The notes beneath the pieces were generated by a model that saw only the letters and a program-made list of their open reading frames with translations, made no database searches and had not been told where the DNA came from. A stretch of DNA of 64,000 nt from positions 160,001 to 224,000 of the forward strand of contig CAWFCQ010000006.1 in assembly GCA_963814375.1 (NCBI GenBank), given 5' to 3'. This DNA comes from an uncultured Chloroflexia bacterium (GTDB lineage Bacteria; Chloroflexota; Limnocylindria; QHBO01). The translations under genes were made by a program, and so were the position numbers. Positions 38,932 to 48,628 of this stretch are shown in pieces. Each line of letters opens with the position of its first letter. Positions within the stretch are counted from its first letter, which is position 1.

Positions 38932-39674
38932 CACTCGTCGCGAGCCGGCCTCAGCTCGCGATCGCGGTCTTTCCGGGCACGTGGAGCGAGCGCGACTTCG
39001 CCCATGTCGCCGAATCGGTCCTCGGCTGGGATGCCCGCCTGGTCTGGCACACCGAGACCGACCTCGGGCCAGCCGACGCCGTGGCGCTGCCCGGCGGCTT
39101 CGCGCACGGCGACCACCTCCGCACCGGAGCGATTGCCCGCTTCTCGCCGATCATGGCCGCGGTCGAGGCGTTCGCCGCGGCCGGCGGCCCGCTCATCGGC
39201 AGCTGCAACGGCTTCCAGATCCTCACCGAGGCCGGATTGCTGCCGGGGGCGTTGATGCGCAACGACCACCTCGAGTTCCGCTGCGACTGGCAGACGCTTC
39301 GCGTCGAGAACGCGGCGTCGTCCCGGCCGTGGCTGAGCGGCATCGACGACGGCGAGCTGATCCGGCTCCCGATCAGTCATGGCGAGGGCCGGTACGTCGC
39401 GGATCCCGCCACCCTGGACGAGCTGGAGTCCAATGGACGCATCGTGCTGCGCTACGTCGATGACGCCGGCGCGCTGGCGCCGGAAGCCAATCCGAACGGC
39501 TCCGAACGAGCGATCGCCGGGATCGTCAACGAGCGCGGCAACGTCCTCGGGCTCATGCCGCACCCGGAGCGTGCGTCCGAATCGGAGGTCGGAGGCACCG
39601 ACGGCCTGCGCCTCTTCAAGGCCCTGGAGCGGTGGCTCCACGATCAGCCGGCAGTCGCGGAGCGTCGGCTATGA
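38928..39674 (+). CDS. purQ: FGAM synthase glutaminase subunit
   Basis: VFPGTWS, LPGGFAHGD, GSCNGFQ, SHGEG, NPNGS, MPHPER. Confidence 0.96.
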   Translation: MTLVASRPQLAIAVFPGTWSERDFAHVAESVLGWDARLVWHTETDLGPADAVALPGGFAHGDHLRTGAIARFSPIMAAVEAFAAAGGPLIGSCNGFQILTEAGLLPGALMRNDHLEFRCDWQTLRVENAASSRPWLSGIDDGELIRLPISHGEGRYVADPATLDELESNGRIVLRYVDDAGALAPEANPNGSERAIAGIVNERGNVLGLMPHPERASESEVGGTDGLRLFKALERWLHDQPAVAERRL

Positions 39675-39719
39675 TCGGCCGCGACGCCTAGACCCGGTTG
39701 CAGGAGGGGCGAACGACGC

Positions 39720-40994
39720 ATGGACGACGACCAGCGGGATCGGGGCGACCTTCCGGAGTCGGGCGAGACTCCCGAGGGCGCCGCTGAGGAGCAGGCACCC
39801 GCCGCGGCCGAGCCGAGCAGCCGGTCGAGCCCGAGCAGCCGGCCGAGCCGGAGCAGCCGGCATCGGAACCAACGCAGCCCGTGGCGTCAACCGAGCCCGA
39901 GGCGCCCAGCGCACCCGAGCCTGTCTGGCCGACGGAGCCGCCCGAAGCCGGGTCGGCCGCGGAGGACACCTGGCCCACCACGCCTCCGGAGCGTGGAGAG
40001 GAGCCGATCCTGGAGCCACCCGGCGAGGCGGAGGCGTATCCCGCCGCAGCCGGCGCAGGCGCCGCGGCCGCGGCAGAGCCAGCGCCGATCGAGGCCGAGG
40101 CCATCCCGGCGGAGCAGGCCACGCCCCGGCCGCGACCGAGGCTCCTCCGGTCGAGGCCGAGGCCTATCCGGCCACCTCGCAAGAGACTGCCGCCGCGGCA
40201 GCGGGCGCCCAGACGGTGCCCGAGACCGAGTCGGCGACCGGCGAGAGCACGCAATGCCCGCGCTGCGGGACGGAGAACCGGCCGGGCCTCGCCTTCTGCC
40301 GGAGCTGCGGGCAGCGGTTGGTCGCGGCGGGTGCCGCCGCCACCGTCGCGCGGCCGGGAGCGCCCGAGGGAACGATGGCCTGCCCGCGCTGCGGGACGCA
40401 CAACCGCTCGGGAGTCGCCTTCTGCCAGAACTGCGGGGCCAACCTGCGCGGCACCGCGGAGGGCTACGTCCCGCCGGCGGTGGCGGGCGAGCCGGTCGCC
40501 GACGGGAGCGGCTGCCACGCGAGGCGGCGCGGTCCTCGGTCCGGTGGTGCTGCTCATCGGCCTCATCGGCCTCATCACCGGCTACCTCCTGCCGTTCCTG
40601 TACGGCAGCGGATCCCTCTTCGAGCGGGCCTTCGGCAGCGGTGGGTACGGCATCTGCGTTCTGGACCGCCTACCCGGAGGTCGACGCGCAGCTGGCCGAT
40701 CAGATCTACTTCGGGCTCGCGGCCCCGGTCCCGATCCTGGCCGTGCTCCTGCTCGTCCTCGCCGTGGCGGGCTTCGCGCGGGCGGCGCCCGGCGGATTGC
40801 AGCGCATCGGGCTCATCGTCGCCCTGGTGTGGAGCCTGGCCCTGATCGTCATGTTCGTCGTCGTCGAGCTGGCGGGGAACTGGAACGGCGATCTCGTCGG
40901 CATGCTCCGCGGCCTCTCGCCGGCGGGGATCATCTTCTTCCTCTCGTCGCTCATCGTCGTGATCGGGACGTTGACTCGGTTCGCCCGGAGCTGA
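39720..40994 (+). CDS. Double zinc-ribbon membrane protein with a long Pro/Glu-rich N-terminus (about 4 frameshifts)
   Basis: Reconstructed across frames: E/P/A-rich region, CPRCGTEN...FCRSCG and CPRCGTHN...FCQNCG, then about 4 TM helices. Breaks near 39815, 40128, 40503 and 40655. Confidence 0.72.
   Translation: MDDDQRDRGDLPESGETPEGAAEEQAPAAAEPSSRSSPSSRPSRSSRHRNQRSPWRQPSPRRPAHPSLSGRRSRPKPGRPRRTPGPPRLRSVERSRSWSHPARRRRIPPQPAQAPRPRQSQRRSRPRPSRRSRPRPGRDRGSSGRGRGLSGHLARDCRRGSGRPDGARDRVGDRREHAMPALRDGEPAGPRLLPELRAAVGRGGCRRHRRAAGSARGNDGLPALRDAQPLGSRLLPELRGQPARHRGGLRPAGGGGRAGRRRERLPREAARSSVRWCCSSASSASSPATSCRSCTAADPSSSGPSAAVGTASAFWTAYPEVDAQLADQIYFGLAAPVPILAVLLLVLAVAGFARAAPGGLQRIGLIVALVWSLALIVMFVVVELAGNWNGDLVGMLRGLSPAGIIFFLSSLIVVIGTLTRFARS
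39808..39861 (+). repeat. Tandem 18-bp coding repeat (EQPVEP/EQPAEP)
   Basis: GAGCAGCCGG(T/C)CGAGCC(C/G), about 3 copies. Confidence 0.6.
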
Positions 40995-40997
40995 GCG

Positions 40998-41726
40998 GTG
41001 GTCCGCTTCTGCCCGAACTGCGGTACCGAGGTTGACGACTCTGCCGTCTTCTGCCCGACCTGCGGCCAGGCGATCGACCAGGACGCGGAAATCGAGATGC
41101 CCCCGGCGCCGGCGTGGCCGGAGCCGTCTCCCCGAGCCGCCGATGCGCCGGTCGAGATGGAGCCGGTCGCGCCTGAACCGGCCGCGGCGGAAGACGAGCC
41201 TCCGCTCGAACCGGCCTGGGAGACAATCCCGCGCCGTCCTCCCGAAGGCGGTCCGGCTGCCGCGGGGGCTGCCAGCGGCCAGGTTGACACACCGACGGCG
41301 GTGACCGACCGGCCGTCGGATGCGGCGAGCCCCAACGACGCCGGATCGGGGTTAGACCTGCCATTCACCATGCCGGTCATGCTGTCCGGATGGCTCATCG
41401 GCGGCGGCTCGCTGGTCGCGGCGCTCGGGGCGCTGGCAAGTCTCTTCAGCGGCTCGGTCAACCTGGTCGAGCTCCTCCTCCTCGTCGGGCTGGGCGGTGT
41501 CGCCGCCACGGTCTTCCTATCGGCATCCTTCCCGACCTTCCCCCACCTTCGCCTTGCGACGATCGCGATCGTGCTTGTCGGATTCGGCGTCGCGCTCGAT
41601 CGTCTGAGCTTCGGCGCGGCGGGCATCGGCGAGCTGCTCCTGCTGCTGGGCACGGCCGCGGCTGCGATGGGCGCGATCATCCTCGAGATCGGTCGCGATC
41701 AGCCGATGGGCACATCGGCAGGCTGA
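40998..41726 (+). CDS. Zinc-ribbon membrane protein
   Basis: FCPNCGTEVDDSAVFCPTCG, Pro-rich linker, 4 TM helices. Confidence 0.85.
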   Translation: MVRFCPNCGTEVDDSAVFCPTCGQAIDQDAEIEMPPAPAWPEPSPRAADAPVEMEPVAPEPAAAEDEPPLEPAWETIPRRPPEGGPAAAGAASGQVDTPTAVTDRPSDAASPNDAGSGLDLPFTMPVMLSGWLIGGGSLVAALGALASLFSGSVNLVELLLLVGLGGVAATVFLSASFPTFPHLRLATIAIVLVGFGVALDRLSFGAAGIGELLLLLGTAAAAMGAIILEIGRDQPMGTSAG

Positions 41727-41730
41727 CCCC

Positions 41731-43938
41731 TTGACCCTCGCGCCCCCAGCCGAGCAGCGTCACGGGCTCACAGAGGACGAGTACGAGCTCGTCGTCGCAT
41801 CGCTCGGACGATCGCCGAACGAGGTCGAGCTCGGCATGTTCGGGGCGATGTGGTCGGAGCATTGCGCGTACAAGCACTCCCGGCTCCTCCTCCGGCGGCT
41901 CCCATCGGACGGTCCGCGGGTCCTCGTCGGGCCCGGCGAGAACGCGGGGGCGATCGACATCGGCGACGGGCTGGCGGTCGTGTTCAAGGTGGAGTCCCAC
42001 AACCATCCGAGCGCGGTCGAGCCCTACCAGGGCGCGGCGACGGGTGTCGGCGGCATCATTCGCGACGTCTTCACCATGGGCGCCCGGCCGATCGCCCTGC
42101 TCAACAGCCTCCGCTTCGGCCCGCTCGACGCCGATGACGTGACCGACGAGGCCGACGCGGCCCGCAACCGGTACCTCTTCGGCGGCGTCGTCGGCGGGAT
42201 CGCCGGCTACGGCAACTGCATCGGCATCCCCGACGTCGGCGGCGAGGTCGGCTTCGATGCCGCGTACTCGGGCAACCCGATCGTCAACGCCATGTGCGTC
42301 GGCATCGCGCGCCACGACGACATCACCCTGGCGCGGGCGGCCGGGCCGGGCAACGTGCTGCTCCTCGTCGGGGCGGCAACGGGGCGGGACGGCATCCAGG
42401 GCGCCTCGTTCGCATCGGCCACGCTGGGAGACGATCGCGAGGAGCGGCGGCCGGCGGTGCAGGTCGGCAACCCGTTCCTGGAGAAGCTGCTGATGGAGGC
42501 GTGCCTCGAGCTCGCGTCGCACGACGGCGTCGTCGCGATGCAGGACCTCGGTGCCGCGGGCCTCACCTGCGCGCTGGCCGAGCTGACGGCGCGCGGCGGT
42601 GTCGGTGCCGAGGTCGACCTCGACGCCGTGCCCCGGCGCGAGGGCGGGATGACCCCGTACGAGGTGCTCCTGTCAGAGTCGCAGGAGCGGATGCTCATCG
42701 TCGTCCGGCCCGACGCCGTTGCCGGCGTCCGCCGCGTGTTCGACCGCTACGAGCTCGCGGCCGCCGACATCGGCATGATCACGGCCGAGCCGATGATCGA
42801 CTGCCGCGCCGCGGGCGAGTGGGTGTGCCGGGTCCCCGGGCGCGCCCTCGCGGACGACGCGCCACGCTACGCGATCGCGGGCACGGCGCCCCAGCCGCGT
42901 CGCGACGAGCTCGACTCGCTGGCGGTGGCGGCGGTGGGCGTCTCCGACCTGCTCGAGCTGCTGGCCAGCCCGAACGTTCGCGATCGGCGGCCGATCTGGC
43001 AGCGCTACGACCACATGAACGGCACCAACACCCTGGTCGGACCGGGTGCCGGTGACGCGGCGCTGCTCCGGGTCAAGGGCACCGGGCGCGCGCTGGCGCT
43101 TGCGATCGACGGCCCGGGCCCGGCGCGGGTGGGCGTGCTGGATCCCTACCTGGCCGGGGCATCGGCCGTGGTCGAGGGAGCGCTGAACGTGGCATGCAGC
43201 GGCGCGGAGCCGATCGGCATCACCGACTGCCTCAACTTCGGCTCGCCGGAAACCGGGCTCGGCGCATGGCAGCTCGAGCGGTCCATCGACGGCATCGCGG
43301 ACGCGTGCCGCGCCCTGCGGCTGCCGGTGGTCTCCGGCAACGTCAGCCTCTACAACGAGACGCCGGACGGTCCGATCGTCCCGACTCCCGTGGTTGGCAC
43401 GGTCGGCCTGCTCGCCGATGGCGGCGCGGCCCTTCGCATGGCCTGGCGCGACGGCGAGGAGCTGTGGCTCATCGGCGAGCTCGCCGATGACTCCGCCTCA
43501 CTCGCGGGGTCCGAGCTCGCCTGGCGCCGCGGGCAGCGTGCCGGACGGCCGGCCCTGGACCTGGCCGCGGCCGCACGCGTCGTGAAGCTCGTCCCCGAGC
43601 TCGCCGCGGCCCGCGTGATCGCAGCAGCCCACGACCTGTCGACCGGCGGGCTGGCGGTTGCGCTGGCGCGGATGGCGATCGCCGCCGGGCGCGCGGCCGA
43701 CGTCCAGATCGACACCCGCCGGCCGGCGGCCGCGCTCTTCGGAGAGCGCGCCGGTCGGGTGATCGTGGCGATCGATCCGGCGCGCCGGGCGGAGCTCGAG
43801 GCGCGCGTGCGTGATGCGGCGGTCGCGTCGCGCCGGCTGGGGCAGGCCGGCGGGGCGACCCTTCGCGTCGTCGCCGGCGATCGTCGCCTCGAGCTGCGTC
43901 TCGACGAGATGGCGGCCGCCTGGCGGACGCCCTTCTAG
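41731..43938 (+). CDS. purL: FGAM synthase subunit PurL
   Basis: MWSEHCAYK, ENAG, KVESHNHPS, GRDGIQGA, QDLGAAG, SESQERM, DCLNFG, SGNVSLYN. Confidence 0.97.
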   Translation: MTLAPPAEQRHGLTEDEYELVVASLGRSPNEVELGMFGAMWSEHCAYKHSRLLLRRLPSDGPRVLVGPGENAGAIDIGDGLAVVFKVESHNHPSAVEPYQGAATGVGGIIRDVFTMGARPIALLNSLRFGPLDADDVTDEADAARNRYLFGGVVGGIAGYGNCIGIPDVGGEVGFDAAYSGNPIVNAMCVGIARHDDITLARAAGPGNVLLLVGAATGRDGIQGASFASATLGDDREERRPAVQVGNPFLEKLLMEACLELASHDGVVAMQDLGAAGLTCALAELTARGGVGAEVDLDAVPRREGGMTPYEVLLSESQERMLIVVRPDAVAGVRRVFDRYELAAADIGMITAEPMIDCRAAGEWVCRVPGRALADDAPRYAIAGTAPQPRRDELDSLAVAAVGVSDLLELLASPNVRDRRPIWQRYDHMNGTNTLVGPGAGDAALLRVKGTGRALALAIDGPGPARVGVLDPYLAGASAVVEGALNVACSGAEPIGITDCLNFGSPETGLGAWQLERSIDGIADACRALRLPVVSGNVSLYNETPDGPIVPTPVVGTVGLLADGGAALRMAWRDGEELWLIGELADDSASLAGSELAWRRGQRAGRPALDLAAAARVVKLVPELAAARVIAAAHDLSTGGLAVALARMAIAAGRAADVQIDTRRPAAALFGERAGRVIVAIDPARRAELEARVRDAAVASRRLGQAGGATLRVVAGDRRLELRLDEMAAAWRTPF

Positions 43939-44258
43939 CCCGGGGAGCTCCGACCCGGAGCCCGGCTCGGTCGGCCGCCGCCCGCCTCGGGGGCGCCTGC
44001 GGGCTTGCCCTCTCCGCCAGCTGCGCCGACGCCGAGCGCGGCGACGATCGGATCCTCGTCACCCAGGTTCAGCCGTGCCCGTCGCATCACGCGGCGCTCG
44101 CGTGCCGCGTCCTCGGTGTCCCGGCGCTCGTCGCGCACGGACTGGTCTCCGCGGCGCCTGCGTCGCGTGGCCAGGAGCACAGAACCGCCGATCAGCGCAA
44201 CGCTCGCGATGCCGACGATCGCGATCGCGAGCACGAGCCCCAGCATCGGCCCTTCCAT
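43935..44258 (-). CDS. Small single-TM hypothetical protein
   Basis: Hydrophobic N-terminus followed by RRRRR; coupled to the upstream GGDEF gene (TGATG overlap). Confidence 0.6.
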   Translation of the reverse strand: MEGPMLGLVLAIAIVGIASVALIGGSVLLATRRRRRGDQSVRDERRDTEDAARERRVMRRARLNLGDEDPIVAALGVGAAGGEGKPAGAPEAGGGRPSRAPGRSSPG

Positions 44259-45889
44259 CAGCCGGCTGCCCGTCGGGCCTTGGCGCCGGAGCGTGGCGTG
44301 GCCGTGCTTCGCCGGCGCGGCGTCGTGCCGTTGCGGCGCGGGTTGGCCTCGGAGGTTTCGATGTGTGGCAGGCCGTCACGTGCCCGCTCGTGCAGCCGGT
44401 ATACCTCCTCGAGCCCGTCGGGAGGAACCGCCTCCGCGTAGATGGAGCGGAAGACCTCGACCACGTCGGGGTCGAACTGCGTGCCGGCGTTGCTCGACAG
44501 CTCCTCGAGCGCCTCGGAATGGGTGAGCGCCTGGCTGTACGGCCGGTCGTGGACCATGGCGTGATATGCATCGGCGACGGCGACGATGCGCGCTCCGAGC
44601 GGGATCTCGGTTCCGCGCAGGCCGTGGGGATACCCGCCGCCGTTGAAGCGCTCGTGGTGGTGGAGCACGACGGGGATCGCCTCGCGCAGGCTGGATGCCT
44701 GCTCGAGGATGACCTGCCCGATGCGGGGATGCTCGCCGATGGCCTGCCACTCCTCGTCGGAGAGGGTCGAGGGCTTGTCGAGGATCTCCTCCGGGATGGC
44801 GATCTTGCCGAGGTCGTGGAGCAGCGACGCGATGCGGATGCGCTCGATCTCCTCTCGGGGCAGTCCCATCTCGAGGCCCATCCCGGTCGCAAGCGAGGCG
44901 ATCATGTCGGACGGCCGTCCGCGGTGGTTCGGCTGCGGGGCGAGCACCGAAGCGAGCGCCTGCGTGGCGGTGTCGCTGGCCCAGCGGCCGATGGCGTTGG
45001 CGGCCGCGCGCCGCTCGGACGAGATCGGCGCTCGCCGCACCGGCGCCTCGTCGTCCAGCTCGCGATAGAGGTAGGTCCGGTTGCGGCCGAGCGACTTGGC
45101 CGCGTACATCGCCGCATCGGCCCGATCGACGAGCATGTCGAGCTGGAGCTCCGAGCCGCGACCGCCGGCGATGCCGATGCTGATGGTGGCCTTGATGGTC
45201 TGGCCGCCGGCGATGCGGAGGGTCTCGTGCATGACCAGGGCGCGCAGCTCCTCCGCCATGGCCACCGCGTCCTCGGGGAGCGTCTCGGGCAGGATGAGCA
45301 TGAACTCCTCGCCCCCGTACCGCCCGAAGGTGTCGCTGGCGCGGACGGCATCGGCGAGGAGCTCGGCGATCTGGCGCAGCACCGCGTCGCCGGAGTTGTG
45401 GCCGTAGGTGTCGTTGATCGGCTTGAAGCGGTCGATGTCGATGAAGGCGACGCTGAGCGGCTTGTAGTGGCGCCCGGCGCGGTCGACCTCGGAGCCCAGC
45501 GTCGAGAGCAGGGTCTCGCGATTCGGGATGCCCGTCAGCCGATCGTGCGTCGCTCGGGCCTCGGTCTGGAGGAAGGCGCCGGCCGCGGTGTTGAACGCCC
45601 TGGCCAGACGCTGCTCGGCCGGGATGCCGCCCACGCGCAGGTGAATCGGGTCCTCGGCCACGAGGGTGCGCTCGAGCGCCCGTGCCAGGCGGCTGAGGCG
45701 CCAGCCGAAGTAGCTCCAGGCCAGCAGCGCCGTCGTGGTCATGCCGGCGGCCGCCGCGACCCCCAGCACGAGGATGAGCGTCGGGCGCTCGGATGCGGGC
45801 ACGGCGGCCGAGACCCCGAGCGCGACGGTCACGAGCGCGGCGACGGCCAGAGGGGCAAGGAACCCGATAGCGCGGACGAAGCTCAGCAC
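44258..45889 (-). CDS. Membrane GGDEF + HD-GYP c-di-GMP signalling protein
   Basis: 2 TM helices, HDRLTG, DIDRFK, RASD I-site, RYGGEEF, LLHDLGK, HHERFNGGGYP. GTG start at 45889. Confidence 0.93.
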   Translation of the reverse strand: MLSFVRAIGFLAPLAVAALVTVALGVSAAVPASERPTLILVLGVAAAAGMTTTALLAWSYFGWRLSRLARALERTLVAEDPIHLRVGGIPAEQRLARAFNTAAGAFLQTEARATHDRLTGIPNRETLLSTLGSEVDRAGRHYKPLSVAFIDIDRFKPINDTYGHNSGDAVLRQIAELLADAVRASDTFGRYGGEEFMLILPETLPEDAVAMAEELRALVMHETLRIAGGQTIKATISIGIAGGRGSELQLDMLVDRADAAMYAAKSLGRNRTYLYRELDDEAPVRRAPISSERRAAANAIGRWASDTATQALASVLAPQPNHRGRPSDMIASLATGMGLEMGLPREEIERIRIASLLHDLGKIAIPEEILDKPSTLSDEEWQAIGEHPRIGQVILEQASSLREAIPVVLHHHERFNGGGYPHGLRGTEIPLGARIVAVADAYHAMVHDRPYSQALTHSEALEELSSNAGTQFDPDVVEVFRSIYAEAVPPDGLEEVYRLHERARDGLPHIETSEANPRRNGTTPRRRSTATPRSGAKARRAAG

Positions 45890-46109
45890 GCGGTGAGGAT
45901 GCGGCCCACGGTCCCGGCCGGCCATGGGCCGATCGTCCGGAGGCGCGCTCGGGCAACGCCCGCGTCGAGCGGATTTGGCCGGTTGTGCGGAGCGGTGCAG
46001 TACGCGCGCAGTACATCGGTTCGTCGTGCGCCGCCACGGTCCGCCGCGGCTAGCGCCGCCGCTATCATGGCGACGTGCCCGGTCAGCTACGGACCGTCTG
46101 ATACGCCTC

Positions 46110-47594
46110 GTGCGCGCCCGCATCGAGCTGCCGCACCCATCAGGCGAGGCGCTACCCATCTACCAACCCCACGGTCCACGCGAGGAGTGCGGCGTGGTGG
46201 GCATCTGGTCTCCGGGTGGCCCCGTCGCCCGCATGGCCTATGTCGGCCTCCACGCCCTCCAGCACCGTGGGCAGGAGTCGGCGGGAATCGCGGTGAGCGA
46301 TGGCGAACGCCTCTCGCTCCACAAGCGCCTCGGGCTGGTGAGCAGCGTGTTCGACGAGGAGACCCTCGCGCGCCTGGAGGGTGGTGACGATCCCACCCGT
46401 GCGCCGGTCGCCTCGATCGGCCACACGCGGTACAGCACCACCGGCTCGAACACCCTCCCCAACGTTCAGCCGGTGTTCGCGCGAACCGATCGCAGCGAGC
46501 TGATGCTGGGCCACAACGGCAACCTCACCAACGCCCGCTGGCTGCGTGACGAGCTTACCGAGCAGGGTGTCGAGTTCGCGTCCGCATCGGACACCGAGGT
46601 CCTCGCCAAGCTGGTGGCTCATGCACCCGGGCGCACGTGGGCCCAGCGCGTCGATCATGCCTTCCACCGGGCGACCGGGGCGTACACCTTCACGATGCTG
46701 ACGCCCGAGGCGCTGGTGGCGGCGAGAGATCCGGTCGGCTTCCGGCCGCTGGCCCTCGGCCGGCTGCCGAACGGCGGCTGGGCGGTCGCATCGGAGAGCA
46801 CGGCGCTCGACGCCATCGGCGCGCTCTTCGTGCGCGACGTCGAGGCAGGGGAGGTCCTCACCATCACCGCCTCCGGCGTCGACTCCTTCCGATCCAGCCA
46901 GGCCACGCCCGACCGAGAGCGCCTGTGCGTCTTCGAGTACGTGTACCTGGCGCGGCCCGACAGTGTCATCGACGGCCGCCTGCTGTACGAGGCCCGGCTC
47001 GAGATGGGCCGCGCACTGGCCCGCGAGAAGCCGGCCGATGCGGACATCGTCATCGCCGTCCCGGACTCGGCCATCCCCGCCGCGATCGGCTATGCGGAGG
47101 AGGCAGGGCTTCCGTATCGCGAGGGCCTGATCAAGTCGCGGTACGTCGGCCGAACCTTCATCCAGCCGGCGCAGGCGGGTCGCGAGGAGGCGGTGCGGCT
47201 GAAGTTCAACCCCCTGCCGGAGCTGCTGGCCGGCAAGCGCGTGGTGGTCGTCGACGACTCGATCGTGCGCGGCACGACGACCGCGCCGATCGTCGCGATG
47301 CTGCGACGTGCCGGAGCGGCCGAAGTGCACGTCCGCATCCACTCGCCCGAAATGCGCCACCCGTGCTACATGGGCGTCGACACCGGGCGTCGAGGCGAGC
47401 TGATCGCCTCGACGCACTCCACCGAGGAGATCCGGCGCGTGATCGGCGCCGATTCCCTCGGCTACCTATCCCAGGACGGGATGCTCGCCGCAATCGGCGG
47501 CCGGCGCGAGGCGCGCTGCACCGCCTGCTTCGACGGCCGATACCCGACCGACGTGCCGCTCGAGCTGGACAAGCTCGCGCTCGAGCACAGCTGA
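46110..47594 (+). CDS. purF: Amidophosphoribosyltransferase (start uncertain)
   Basis: REECGV, LQHRGQES, GHTRYST, HNGN, CVFEYVY, VPDS, VDDSIVRGTT. Confidence 0.96.
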   Translation: MRARIELPHPSGEALPIYQPHGPREECGVVGIWSPGGPVARMAYVGLHALQHRGQESAGIAVSDGERLSLHKRLGLVSSVFDEETLARLEGGDDPTRAPVASIGHTRYSTTGSNTLPNVQPVFARTDRSELMLGHNGNLTNARWLRDELTEQGVEFASASDTEVLAKLVAHAPGRTWAQRVDHAFHRATGAYTFTMLTPEALVAARDPVGFRPLALGRLPNGGWAVASESTALDAIGALFVRDVEAGEVLTITASGVDSFRSSQATPDRERLCVFEYVYLARPDSVIDGRLLYEARLEMGRALAREKPADADIVIAVPDSAIPAAIGYAEEAGLPYREGLIKSRYVGRTFIQPAQAGREEAVRLKFNPLPELLAGKRVVVVDDSIVRGTTTAPIVAMLRRAGAAEVHVRIHSPEMRHPCYMGVDTGRRGELIASTHSTEEIRRVIGADSLGYLSQDGMLAAIGGRREARCTACFDGRYPTDVPLELDKLALEHS

Positions 47595-47596
47595 CC

Positions 47597-48628
47597 GTGG
47601 CGCGCACGTACCGCGAGGCCGGCGTCGATGTCGATGCCGCGGAGCGTGCCGTCGAGCGGATCGCCCGTGCGGCGGCTGCGACCACCACGCCGAACGTGCT
47701 GGGCGGTGTCGGCGGATTCGGCGGGCTCTTCCGCTTCGATCCGAGCGCCTACCCGGATCCGGTCCTCGTGAGCAGCACCGATGGGGTCGGTACCAAGCTG
47801 CGGGTCGCCATCGAGCTCGAACGGTACGACCGGATCGGCGTCGACCTGGTCAACGCCTGCCTCAACGACATCGCCGTGACCGGCGCCGACCCGCTCTTCT
47901 TCCTCGACTACATCGGCCTGGCGGCGCTGCGCGAAGAGGTCGTGGACCAGATCGTGGGCGGGGTCGCGGCCGGCTGCGCAGCGGCCGGCATCCCGCTCAT
48001 CGGCGGCGAGACCGCCCAGATGCCGGACCTGTATCGCGACGGCGACTTCGACCTCGTGGGCTTCGCCGTCGGTGTCGTCGCGCGTGCCGACCTGATCGAT
48101 GGCTCGGCTGTGCGGCCTGGGGACATCCTCGTCGGCCTCCCGTCCAGCGGCCTCCACACCAATGGCTACAGCCTGGCGCGCCGCGTCCTCCCGCCGGTGA
48201 CCTGGCGCGAGCCGATGCCCGGCAACGGCGCCACCATCGGCGACGCGCTCCTCGAGCCTCATCGCTCCTACCGCGACGAGATCGGCATCCTGCGCCGTGC
48301 CGCTCGCGACCACGGGAGTGACGTCGGCGCGCTCGCGCACCTCACCGGCGGTGGCTGGGAGGGCAACATCCCCCGCACGCTGCCCGACGGCATCGGGGTC
48401 GAGATCGACACGGGCTCCTGGCCGGTGCCGCCGATCTTCACCCTCATCCAGCAGCGAGGCGACATCGCCGACGAGGAGATGGTGCGCACCTTCAACGTCG
48501 GGATCGGCCTCACTGCCACCGTCACCGCTGACGCGGTCGAGGCGGTGCTCGCCGCTCTGCCGGAGGCATGCCGCGTCGGCAGGGTCGTCGAGATTCCCGC
48601 CGGGGAGCCGCGCGTCCGCTTCGCATGA
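47597..48628 (+). CDS. purM: AIR synthetase
   Basis: YREAGVD, GGFGG, TDGVGTK, GGETA, SSGLHTNGYSL, HLTGGG, TFNVG. Confidence 0.97.
   Translation: MARTYREAGVDVDAAERAVERIARAAAATTTPNVLGGVGGFGGLFRFDPSAYPDPVLVSSTDGVGTKLRVAIELERYDRIGVDLVNACLNDIAVTGADPLFFLDYIGLAALREEVVDQIVGGVAAGCAAAGIPLIGGETAQMPDLYRDGDFDLVGFAVGVVARADLIDGSAVRPGDILVGLPSSGLHTNGYSLARRVLPPVTWREPMPGNGATIGDALLEPHRSYRDEIGILRRAARDHGSDVGALAHLTGGGWEGNIPRTLPDGIGVEIDTGSWPVPPIFTLIQQRGDIADEEMVRTFNVGIGLTATVTADAVEAVLAALPEACRVGRVVEIPAGEPRVRFA

Noticed and set aside
39720-40994. The 424-aa ORF as annotated in the track
   Set aside because: Its middle is Arg/Ser-rich nonsense; the real zinc-ribbon and TM segments lie in other frames (compensating indels).
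45890-46060. c-di-GMP-I riboswitch upstream of the GGDEF/HD-GYP gene
   Set aside because: A GGCCAAATCC element is present, but the GNRA loop and GCAAA(G/A) core of the consensus are missing.
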